From assembly GCA_963777505.1 (NCBI GenBank), contig CAVZQN010000001.1, forward strand, positions 544,001 to 608,000: DNA of 64,000 bases, written 5' to 3'. The translations under genes were made by a program, and so were the position numbers. Shown piece after piece: positions 50,564-58,519 of this stretch. Each line of letters begins with the position of its first letter. Positions within the stretch are counted from its first letter, which is position 1. This stretch comes from an uncultured bacterium. GTDB lineage: Bacteria > Acidobacteriota > HRBIN11 > JAKEFK01. A model generated the notes under the pieces. It was not told where the DNA came from. It saw only the letters and a program-made list of their open reading frames with translations, and ran no database searches.

Positions 50564-51550
50564 ATGAAACTTCTCGTTTTCTCGCAGGCCTGGAACCCAT
50601 TCTGGAATATTCCAAAAGCTTCCGTTTCAACACTCCCCGCGTTGTTTCCAGAAATCACTGTAACGTATCCCGATAATGAACAAGATTTTTCCAGCGAGCT
50701 AAAAGATGCAGATATATTTTTCGGGTACAGGCTGGATCCTCCTCATATTGAAATTGCAAAAAAGTTGAAGTGGGTTCATGTTCCAGCTGCAAATGTTTCG
50801 CAATTCATAAGACCTGATTTTGTTTCACGCAAGATTCTGTTAACAAATTCACGCGCAATGCATGCGACACCTGTGGCCGAACATATTATCGGCTGCATGA
50901 TTGTTTTCTCACGAAAATTTATGACGACCTGGGAATTTCAGAAGAAGGCTCAGTATGGCGCCTCTGACTTGATCAATAACGGTTATCCCCTTTCTGAACT
51001 TCGCGGAAAGACCCTTTACATAATTGGGCTGGGCGGCATCGGCAAAGAAACAGCTCGCCTTGCGAAAGCATTTGGAATGAACATTCTAGCAACTCGTAAG
51101 AAGAGTTCCGGAGTTGAAGAAAATGTGGATGAATTATTCGACTTGACTAATTTCAGAGACGGCTTACGGCGCGCGGACTATGTTGTACTTTCGTTGCCTC
51201 TTACTTCAGAATCTCGAGGCTTAATTGGAGAAAATGAGTTATCACTGCTAAAACCTGAATGCGTATTGATCAATGTTGCGCGTTCCGGAGTGCTGGATAC
51301 AAACGCACTCATTCGATATCTTCGTGAAAATCGGATCCGCGGAGCTTCGCTTGATGTATTTGATCAGGAGCCTTTGCCGGATGGTTCAGAATTATTTTCT
51401 GTGCCGAATCTTTTTCTAACCCCGCATGTTTCCGGAGTCGCAGCATTGGAACACTGGGATCGCATGCTCTGGTTGTTTCAAGAAAATCTACGGAGATTTC
51501 TCAGCGGCAAAACGCTTCTGAATATCGTAGATCCCAGCATCGAGTATTAG
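50564..51550 (+). CDS. D-2-hydroxyacid dehydrogenase
   Basis: GLGGIG, INVAR, LDVFDQEPL, TPHVSG. Confidence 0.92.
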   Translation: MKLLVFSQAWNPFWNIPKASVSTLPALFPEITVTYPDNEQDFSSELKDADIFFGYRLDPPHIEIAKKLKWVHVPAANVSQFIRPDFVSRKILLTNSRAMHATPVAEHIIGCMIVFSRKFMTTWEFQKKAQYGASDLINNGYPLSELRGKTLYIIGLGGIGKETARLAKAFGMNILATRKKSSGVEENVDELFDLTNFRDGLRRADYVVLSLPLTSESRGLIGENELSLLKPECVLINVARSGVLDTNALIRYLRENRIRGASLDVFDQEPLPDGSELFSVPNLFLTPHVSGVAALEHWDRMLWLFQENLRRFLSGKTLLNIVDPSIEY

Positions 51551-51567
51551 GGGTTTGTAACAAATCG

Positions 51568-51921
51568 CTATCCAAATGATTTTTTTTCGATGATGTTTTG
51601 AAGAATGGTTGGAAGTGCATCTGCATCAAATGGCTTCAATATGTACTGCACATCGTCCCCAGGCTGGCTTGCAGTCAGAAACAAGACAGGAATAGCCGAT
51701 GTTGAAGGATCAGAAAGCAGCGCACGGTAGGCTTCAAAGCCGTTCATAAGCGGCATTTCGGCATCCATCAAGATGATATCGAATTTGGATTTTTGCGCTT
51801 CTTGCAACGCTTCTTTTCCATTGCCGACGGTCACAACTTCGTAGCCCGCTTCGCTTAAGGTCATTTCCGTAAGAAATCTAAGATCCGGATCATCATCTGC
51901 AAGCAGCACACGTTTTGGCAA
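51568..51921 (-). CDS. Single-domain response regulator
   Basis: LADDD, LMDAEMP, FLTA, KPF. Confidence 0.88.
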   Translation of the reverse strand: MPKRVLLADDDPDLRFLTEMTLSEAGYEVVTVGNGKEALQEAQKSKFDIILMDAEMPLMNGFEAYRALLSDPSTSAIPVLFLTASQPGDDVQYILKPFDADALPTILQNIIEKKSFG

Positions 51922-51979
51922 ATTTCACCTCTTACGGCACTGCCTCACATTCGTTCGGCTGCGTGCCTTACTACAAATG

Positions 51980-53056
51980 TTAAAGTGGAAGGCTGAACCA
52001 GAATGTAGCTCCTCCGCCCGGATTATTAAGAACACCAATTTGTCCGCCATGCAGATCAATCATTTGTTTTGCTATGGAAAGACCTAAACCCGAACTCTTC
52101 TCTCCGCCGGTGGGTTTGTTGCTCAGCTTTGCATATTGATAGAAAACTTTATTCATATCTTCATCCGTTAAGCCTGCACCGGAATCGGAGACTTCAAGTA
52201 CGACTGAATTTGAATCGGTTCTTGTTCGTATGACCACACGTGATCCACGCGGCCCAAACTTAATTGCATTGCTTACGAAATTACGAACCACTTGAGTCAA
52301 ACGAGCAGAGTCCGCCTGGATTAAAGGCAATTCAGGATTTAATTCAAGAACGAGTTCCACTCCTTTGCTGGCTGCATACTCATTGTTGCTGTCTATTGCA
52401 TCATGCGCGATATCGTTCAAACTAATGCCTGCTTTATTGAGGCTTAGGCGGCCGTCTTGCAGAGCCTGAAAATCAAGAAAGTCTTCGATAATATTTTGCA
52501 TCTCTACAGATCGTTTTGTGATTTTGGAAAGCAACTCGTGTGCTTCTGGCGTCATTGTCGATCCAGGCGGCACATGTCGCTGGACCATTTTTACGGTTCC
52601 AAGAACAACTGTAAGAGGATTCTTCAAATCGTGAGAAGCAATCCTAAGAAAATCATCTTTTAATTTTGACAATCGCTTCAAAGCAAGTTGCGTTTGAACG
52701 CGAGCCAGTACAACTGGAAAATCGAGTGGTTTGGTCACGTAATCATTGGCACCGAGTTTAAGCGCGGCAACAATGTCTTCACTCTGATCTTTTGCCGTTG
52801 CCATGATGATTGGCAAATCCGCAACAGTGAAAGTTTCACGTAACTTCTTTAAAACCTCCAAACCACTGATTCCAGGCATCATGATATCAAGCAATATTAG
52901 GTCGTATTTTTCACCTGCGATCTTATCAAGTGCAATGTGTCCATCTTCCGCAACTGACACGGAATAACCCTGCTTCTTTAAACGCCGGGAAAGCATATCG
53001 CGATTGTCTTCGTTGTCATCCACAACAAGGACGCTGGCTTCTGTAGCAACGCTCAT
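51980..53056 (-). CDS. REC-HisKA-HATPase hybrid kinase
   Basis: REC (LLDIMMP), ASHDLKNPL, SNAIKF, DSGAG, SSGLGL. Confidence 0.93.
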   Translation of the reverse strand: MSVATEASVLVVDDNEDNRDMLSRRLKKQGYSVSVAEDGHIALDKIAGEKYDLILLDIMMPGISGLEVLKKLRETFTVADLPIIMATAKDQSEDIVAALKLGANDYVTKPLDFPVVLARVQTQLALKRLSKLKDDFLRIASHDLKNPLTVVLGTVKMVQRHVPPGSTMTPEAHELLSKITKRSVEMQNIIEDFLDFQALQDGRLSLNKAGISLNDIAHDAIDSNNEYAASKGVELVLELNPELPLIQADSARLTQVVRNFVSNAIKFGPRGSRVVIRTRTDSNSVVLEVSDSGAGLTDEDMNKVFYQYAKLSNKPTGGEKSSGLGLSIAKQMIDLHGGQIGVLNNPGGGATFWFSLPL

Positions 53057-53431
53057 TTATTTTCCCTTTGTTCCTAGTAAATTTTCGATTTTAGAAAGCA
53101 ATCGCGTTAGTTCAACCGGTTTTACATCATAATCATCGCATCCTGCTTCCATTGCTTTTTCGCGATCACCCGACATTGCATGAGCTGTCAACGCGATAAT
53201 CGGAATGGCTTTTGTCGAATCCATTGATTTCAACTTGCGCGTTGCTTCAAATCCATCCATCACAGGCAGGCTAATATCCATTAAGACCAGCGCGGGCTGT
53301 TCCTTATCAACAACTGTAACTGCCTCTTCACCATTGACTGCAATCAGAACTTCATAGCCTTTGCGAGTTAACCTTCGCGAAAGCATATCCCTGTTATCTT
53401 CGTTGTCTTCCACCAATACTATTTTCGACAT
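53057..53431 (-). CDS. Single-domain response regulator (DivK-like)
   Basis: VEDNEDNRDML, LMDISLP, ALTAHAM.GDREKA..AGCDDY..KP. Confidence 0.93.
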   Translation of the reverse strand: MSKIVLVEDNEDNRDMLSRRLTRKGYEVLIAVNGEEAVTVVDKEQPALVLMDISLPVMDGFEATRKLKSMDSTKAIPIIALTAHAMSGDREKAMEAGCDDYDVKPVELTRLLSKIENLLGTKGK

Positions 53432-53483
53432 CGTCCCTCCCTACATTCGGCCTAACGTTAGTCCCCGCCGGCCATGCATTATA

Positions 53484-53564
53484 AACCACGAAGATCACGA
53501 AGAAGCACGAAGCGAGAATATTAAAAAAAGAAAAACTTCGTGGTACTTCGTGACCTTCGTGGTT
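53484..53564. repeat. REP-like inverted repeat with 29-nt arms built from three CACGAAG units
   Basis: AACCACGAAGATCACGAAGAAGCACGAAG (53484-53512) and CTTCGTGGTACTTCGTGACCTTCGTGGTT (53536-53564). Confidence 0.85.
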
Positions 53565-53586
53565 AAAGAATTTCATTTTTTTCTAC

Positions 53587-54306
53587 TTATTTTTGCTGAT
53601 CTAGATACGGCTGAAACAGCATCCTGATTTCATCTAAATTGTCCTCCTCTAAAAATGAGGCTATATACGCGGCAACAGAATCAAGTGCGACTAAAGCATT
53701 CAAACTCGCATCTTTTACTTTGAGTCCACGCAGTCTTTTGAAAAAACTACGATTTACAATTTGAACCTCATTGCAAATTTGAAGAAGTTTCCTCAACTCC
53801 CAATCGGGCTTTTTTCCTTCACGCATTAAGAAGTATTGAGCGAACAAATACATACTCAAGACTCTGTATAAGGACTCTTCCATATTTGGAAACGGAAGTG
53901 CGACGCGCATCATCGGACGGAATTGGTCCATAATCGGACATCCACTCGTAACCATAAAAATACCTACAAGCGATTTAATTGCTTCTTGAAGAGGAACGGT
54001 CCCTATAAAAGTTCGACTGCCACTTTCAATTGAGATGTAGGTTTTTTCGTAAGAAACAAGATCCTTAAAATAATCGACCACATCGATGACACTCAAAGCA
54101 ATCGGACAATGTGGATGCTTTATCGCGTCGAGTGGACAGTTCGGGCACTTGTTGTATTCAAGCTGAGTCCATGAAGGTGGATTCTCAGGCCTTGCCGCTA
54201 TTAGTTTCAGAGTTCGCGGATCAAGAGTTATCAAAAACTCGCGAGGCGTACCCTTTGCAAAAGAGAATTTATATTTGAGAGTTAAATTCTCTCTATCTTT
54301 AGTCAT
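53587..54306 (-). CDS. Cys-motif protein resembling DUF6901
   Basis: PSWTQLEYNKCPNCPL....HCP, SGCP, YR..SMYL.AQYF...GKKPDW, DA.LNAL..LD. Confidence 0.7.
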   Translation of the reverse strand: MTKDRENLTLKYKFSFAKGTPREFLITLDPRTLKLIAARPENPPSWTQLEYNKCPNCPLDAIKHPHCPIALSVIDVVDYFKDLVSYEKTYISIESGSRTFIGTVPLQEAIKSLVGIFMVTSGCPIMDQFRPMMRVALPFPNMEESLYRVLSMYLFAQYFLMREGKKPDWELRKLLQICNEVQIVNRSFFKRLRGLKVKDASLNALVALDSVAAYIASFLEEDNLDEIRMLFQPYLDQQK

Positions 54307-54347
54307 GTTCTAAAATCGAGCAAACATATCATTCACGTTTGGAAAGA

Positions 54348-57044
54348 TCAACTCAAAGTGCGAAGCTCACGAAGAACGTATTTGTTCAGGACTGCAGCAA
54401 GTTGCTCTCGTTGAATTGGTTTCGACATAAAATCGACAGCCCCGAGCAAGAATCCTTTGTTTCTATCTTCTTCCATCGTAATTAAAATTACTGGAATTTT
54501 CGCAAGATCAGGATCAGCTTTTAATTCCTTTAAAACATTCCAGCCATCGATGCCGGGCATTAGAACATCGAGCGTGATCAAGGCTGGCTGTAGATCACGC
54601 GCCAGGCGGAGCCCTTCTTCTCCACCCCAGGCAGTGACAACCCGAAACCCTTCACGGGAGATCATTCGTACCATCAAATCTCTTGCCGAACGATCATCAT
54701 CGATTACCAAAACAATTCCTCTTCCATCAGGAATTCCGTAAACAGTGCGATGGGCAGCCAAATCACTTGTAAATTCTGAAAGTTGTAATGCTTCTGTCTT
54801 CAAATCCAAAACAACTTCAGGCAGGCGAACTATAAACGTAGAGCCTTTCCCTTTTTCACTTTCAAATGTGATAGTTCCGCCCATCATCTGGCTGAAGCGC
54901 TTACAAATTACAAGCCCAAGACCGGCGCCGCCATATTTTCGAGTGGCAGTTTCGTCCACTTGTGAAAATGCGTGGAAGACTTTCGATTTTTGTTCATCAC
55001 TCATGCCGATTCCTGTATCGGTGACGCGAAAAATGATCCAGTTGGTTTCTTGATTTGATTCACGCAAAGCTTCTAATTTGATGGTTCCATTTTCCGTAAA
55101 TTTTCCGGCGTTGCTCAACAAATTGAGTAGCACTTGTCTGACACGTTTAATGTCCGCGCGCATTGAACCAATATCTGCGGAACAATCGATCTTCAAACTA
55201 TTGTTATTTTTTTCAACCAATGGGGCCGCAGTCGTGCCAAGATCTTCAATCATCATTGAGACCTTAAATGATTCGATATACAAAGCAATGTTGCCTGCTT
55301 CAATTTTTGATAGATCTAGAATATCGTTGATTATGCTAAGCAAATGTTTTCCTGCATCACGGATTTTTCTTAAATCAGGAACCAAATCATGCATTCCTTT
55401 GTCTTCTGCATCTTCATGAATCATTTCGCTATAGCCAATGATTGCATTTAAGGGCGTACGCAATTCATGGCTCATGTTCGCTAAAAATTGGCTTTTTGCA
55501 ATTGTGGCTTCTGCTAATTCGCGGCTTCGCTCGGAGAGTTTTGAATTCGTTTCAGAGAGTTTTGAATTTAGCTCAGAGAGCTTTTGATTTACTTCCGAAG
55601 TTTTCAAAGTTTGAGCAGTCAACTGAGTTGTTCTTTCCTCAACACGATTTTCGAGATCTGCGCGAAGCGTATCGAGTTCTGAATGAACACGAAAAAAACG
55701 ATTTGAGAGAGAAACAGCCATAGACAGAATAAAAATTGCGAAGCCGTATGGCATCAACCGGGAAGACTGAATCAGACTTCTGTCAACTGCAATGTCATTT
55801 AGGATAGTCGCAATCGTGATAATGAGACCGATTGCGATCGTTTTAGATTCAGGATTTCCCTTTACGGCATTTTTAATAATGAGATACAAAGGAATTGGCA
55901 AAAACAAAACAAGGGCAATCTCCCATATAGGAAGAAATATTAAGTTTAGTTTCAAGCCAGGAGTTAGACACAAAACTGCTACTGCGATGTTTAGAAATTG
56001 ATAAAAGCGCAAAGCTCCCGATATACGCCGGTTCAAAAGGATCCACAAGAATTGGATGAAAATTGGAATGACCAAAAACGCCGAGAAATATTCCAGCTCT
56101 TTTAGAAGCATGAAATTATCGGTTAATACAAATCTCCATTGAGATCGGAGGAACGTGTAGAATGCTGCACTAAAACCCGAGAGTAATCCAAACCACAGGT
56201 ATTCCTTTAAGTTTCGTCTGCGCAGATAAAGATGAATGTGATAGATGCCTACGAAAAAGAATAAAGTTGAAAGTAGAAGCGAGGGAATTTCTTGTAAGAA
56301 TCCTTGATGAACGAGCCATTCAACAGGACCTATTATGAACTTGCCCGCGTACGGGCCTCCAAGATTCGGATCTTTTTCTGGAGACTTCCAAACTCTTAAC
56401 GAAAGTACGATTGAACCATCTGCGGCAAACGACTCTGGAGGAATTTTGAAAGTAGCGATACGGTCATATTCCATTTTGGGGGAAGGTGGAAGATTACCTT
56501 TGCCTCCGATTTTGTATCCGCCTGCATATATTTCGTAGCTGCTGTCCACAAAACCAAGAGTTATTCCCGGATATAGGGAACGAAGTTTTTCGGGATCAAT
56601 TCGTATTTTTTTTCTGTACCATGCCATACCTGAATAGGCATAGTGACCCTGACGGCCCCATGGAATTGGGACATGGAGTTCTTGCCAATTCGCATCATCA
56701 AAACCAGGATCAGCCCACCGTAAATCGTCGCCTGTTTTGAATTTCCACTTATCTTGTAAATCAATTGACCAGCTGGATGAGGAAATTTCATGAGGTGTGG
56801 CAATCAAAAATCCTGAAGGAAAAACCAATGTGCACAGAACGAGTAAGCTCAGCGTGTAGCGGTTAAAACTTTGGCAGGATAATCCTATTGCGTTAATCCG
56901 CTGTAACTCTAAAATGAGATCCCCCCGGATTATTGTACAACTTTGAAAGGAGAAATGTTCAGAAGGCTTCATTTCCTCGTGAAGGGGTCTGTTTTGTTTG
57001 ACACTCGAGGAAAGCGTATGGTACTTTTTTACAGTCTGAAACAA
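54348..57044 (-). CDS. Hybrid sensor kinase: sugar-binding jelly-roll + 7TM-DISM + coiled coil + HisKA/HATPase + REC (true start probably downstream of 57044)
   Basis: WKFKTGDD..WADPGFDDANW...VP..W...Y.GMAWYRK, 7 TM helices, FLANMSHELRTPLNAIIG, NLLSNAGKFT, GAGLGL, ITLDVLMP. Confidence 0.9.
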   Translation of the reverse strand: MFQTVKKYHTLSSSVKQNRPLHEEMKPSEHFSFQSCTIIRGDLILELQRINAIGLSCQSFNRYTLSLLVLCTLVFPSGFLIATPHEISSSSWSIDLQDKWKFKTGDDLRWADPGFDDANWQELHVPIPWGRQGHYAYSGMAWYRKKIRIDPEKLRSLYPGITLGFVDSSYEIYAGGYKIGGKGNLPPSPKMEYDRIATFKIPPESFAADGSIVLSLRVWKSPEKDPNLGGPYAGKFIIGPVEWLVHQGFLQEIPSLLLSTLFFFVGIYHIHLYLRRRNLKEYLWFGLLSGFSAAFYTFLRSQWRFVLTDNFMLLKELEYFSAFLVIPIFIQFLWILLNRRISGALRFYQFLNIAVAVLCLTPGLKLNLIFLPIWEIALVLFLPIPLYLIIKNAVKGNPESKTIAIGLIITIATILNDIAVDRSLIQSSRLMPYGFAIFILSMAVSLSNRFFRVHSELDTLRADLENRVEERTTQLTAQTLKTSEVNQKLSELNSKLSETNSKLSERSRELAEATIAKSQFLANMSHELRTPLNAIIGYSEMIHEDAEDKGMHDLVPDLRKIRDAGKHLLSIINDILDLSKIEAGNIALYIESFKVSMMIEDLGTTAAPLVEKNNNSLKIDCSADIGSMRADIKRVRQVLLNLLSNAGKFTENGTIKLEALRESNQETNWIIFRVTDTGIGMSDEQKSKVFHAFSQVDETATRKYGGAGLGLVICKRFSQMMGGTITFESEKGKGSTFIVRLPEVVLDLKTEALQLSEFTSDLAAHRTVYGIPDGRGIVLVIDDDRSARDLMVRMISREGFRVVTAWGGEEGLRLARDLQPALITLDVLMPGIDGWNVLKELKADPDLAKIPVILITMEEDRNKGFLLGAVDFMSKPIQREQLAAVLNKYVLRELRTLS
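55534..55596. repeat. Three 21-nt tandem repeats encoding heptads in the kinase signalling helix
   Basis: GAGAGTTTTGAATTCGTTTCA / GAGAGTTTTGAATTTAGCTCA / GAGAGCTTTTGATTTACTTCC, encoding EVNQKLS-ELNSKLS-ETNSKLS. Confidence 0.8.
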
Positions 57045-57072
57045 CTTCCACCATAGTAAAGGGGGGCTCTAC

Positions 57073-57804
57073 ATGGCGAAAAATCGTGTTTTAGTGGTCG
57101 ACGACGAACCCGATGTTTTAATGCTTACGTGTACTGCGCTTGAGGATGCAGGGTTCGATGTCATCCGCGCCAAAGACGTTCCCCAGGCCAAGAAACTTCT
57201 ACTTTCGGAAATCCCGGATGTAATCGTTACTGATCTGATGATGCCGGATGAAAGCGGGTACTCCTTAATCAAATATGTCCGCGAAAACTCGGGAATAAAA
57301 GACACTCCGATTGTTGTGACATCAGTACTTGATTCGGAAGCAGAAATTTATCAGCAGGGAGCTAATTCATATCTCCCAAAACCTTTTACACCTGAAGAAT
57401 TAATTAAAATGGTCAATGATCTTGTAAACAAAGAAGAAGTTCCTAAACTGCTTGAAAAAGCCAGAGACCTGATCAAAGACAAAAATTACACAGAAGCTCA
57501 AGAGTTACTCAGCCAAATTCAAAAAGGCGGTGGGGACGAATATTATCTGGCATTTGCTTCTTTTTATTTAGGAGAAATCAGCAAGCAATCAAACAAAGCG
57601 GAAGATGCTGAAAATCACTACAAGCAGGCAATTCAGAATAGCACTCAATTCTGGCGCGCTTACAATGAGCTTGGAAGCATTTATCACGCCCGCGCTGACA
57701 TAAGGCGTGCTCTTGCATACTGGGAAAAATCTTTGTTAGTGAATCCTGACCAAAAAGAATTAAAAGAAACGGTCAACCGGCTGCAGAAGGAAATCATCAC
57801 GTAG
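57073..57804 (+). CDS. Response regulator with C-terminal TPR repeats
   Basis: VVDDE, VTDLMMP, VTS, PKPF; TPRs (ASFYLGEI...AENHYKQAI; AYNELGSIY...ALAYWEKSL.VNP). Confidence 0.9.
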   Translation: MAKNRVLVVDDEPDVLMLTCTALEDAGFDVIRAKDVPQAKKLLLSEIPDVIVTDLMMPDESGYSLIKYVRENSGIKDTPIVVTSVLDSEAEIYQQGANSYLPKPFTPEELIKMVNDLVNKEEVPKLLEKARDLIKDKNYTEAQELLSQIQKGGGDEYYLAFASFYLGEISKQSNKAEDAENHYKQAIQNSTQFWRAYNELGSIYHARADIRRALAYWEKSLLVNPDQKELKETVNRLQKEIIT

Positions 57805-57892
57805 ATGGTTATCGCAGCCTCAAAGTGTGAATTCTTACTTCGAAAAATTTAGCATTCTCCAAAATAAGGAGGATGAGAGGGCGTGAGGGCAT

Positions 57893-58519
57893 ATGGGCGA
57901 GCGGCCAAAAGCTGCTTCTCTGCTAAGTCATTCGGTTAAGACTCCATTAGCATCAATAAAAGTCGCTGCGCAGCTTTTGCGCAAACATATTCAGAGTCAA
58001 TTAAGCGAAAAAGATACCGAACTCCTTGATGCTATCCTCCGCAATGCTTCAACACTTGAAGCCCGTTTGAATCGCATAATCGAACTTGCTACTCCCTGGG
58101 AAGATAGAATTTTCCTGGAACTAGAAGAATATCAACTTGAAGAAATCCATTCTTTGAGAGTTGATGGCAATCAATCATCAGCCGTCAAGGAAGAAAACAA
58201 GAATGTGCCGGATCCTAACAGAGTCGTGATTCATGCTGACCCTGAAATTGCTGATTTGATTCCAAAATTTCTTGACAACAGACAGAAGGACATTCTTGCG
58301 ATTGAATCGGCGCTTCAACAAAACGACTTTGAAACAATCCGGATGCTAGGACACAGCATGAAAGGAGCAGGCGGCGGATACGGCTTCAATGGTGTTACTG
58401 AAATCGGAAAGACGATAGAAGAAGCCGCCAAAGAAGAAAATTTGGATCGAATTCGAGAAGGAGTTCTGGAGCTTTCAGAATATCTGAAAAATGTTGAGGT
58501 GATATATGACGAGCAGTGA
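57893..58519 (+). CDS. HisKA(DHp)-like + Hpt phosphotransfer protein without HATPase
   Basis: N-terminal LLSHSVKTPLASI H-box; C-terminal Hpt IPKFL...IRMLGHSMKGAGGGYGF. Confidence 0.82.
   Translation: MGERPKAASLLSHSVKTPLASIKVAAQLLRKHIQSQLSEKDTELLDAILRNASTLEARLNRIIELATPWEDRIFLELEEYQLEEIHSLRVDGNQSSAVKEENKNVPDPNRVVIHADPEIADLIPKFLDNRQKDILAIESALQQNDFETIRMLGHSMKGAGGGYGFNGVTEIGKTIEEAAKEENLDRIREGVLELSEYLKNVEVIYDEQ

Noticed and set aside
53484-53564. Possible CRISPR array or tRNA
   Set aside because: The units are 9-10 nt with no unique spacers, there are no cas genes, and I see no cloverleaf
53361-53627. ORFs 53394-53576 (-) and 53361-53627 (+) with HEGHE/HEDHEE-like repeats
   Set aside because: They are translations of the CACGAAG inverted repeat, not evident proteins
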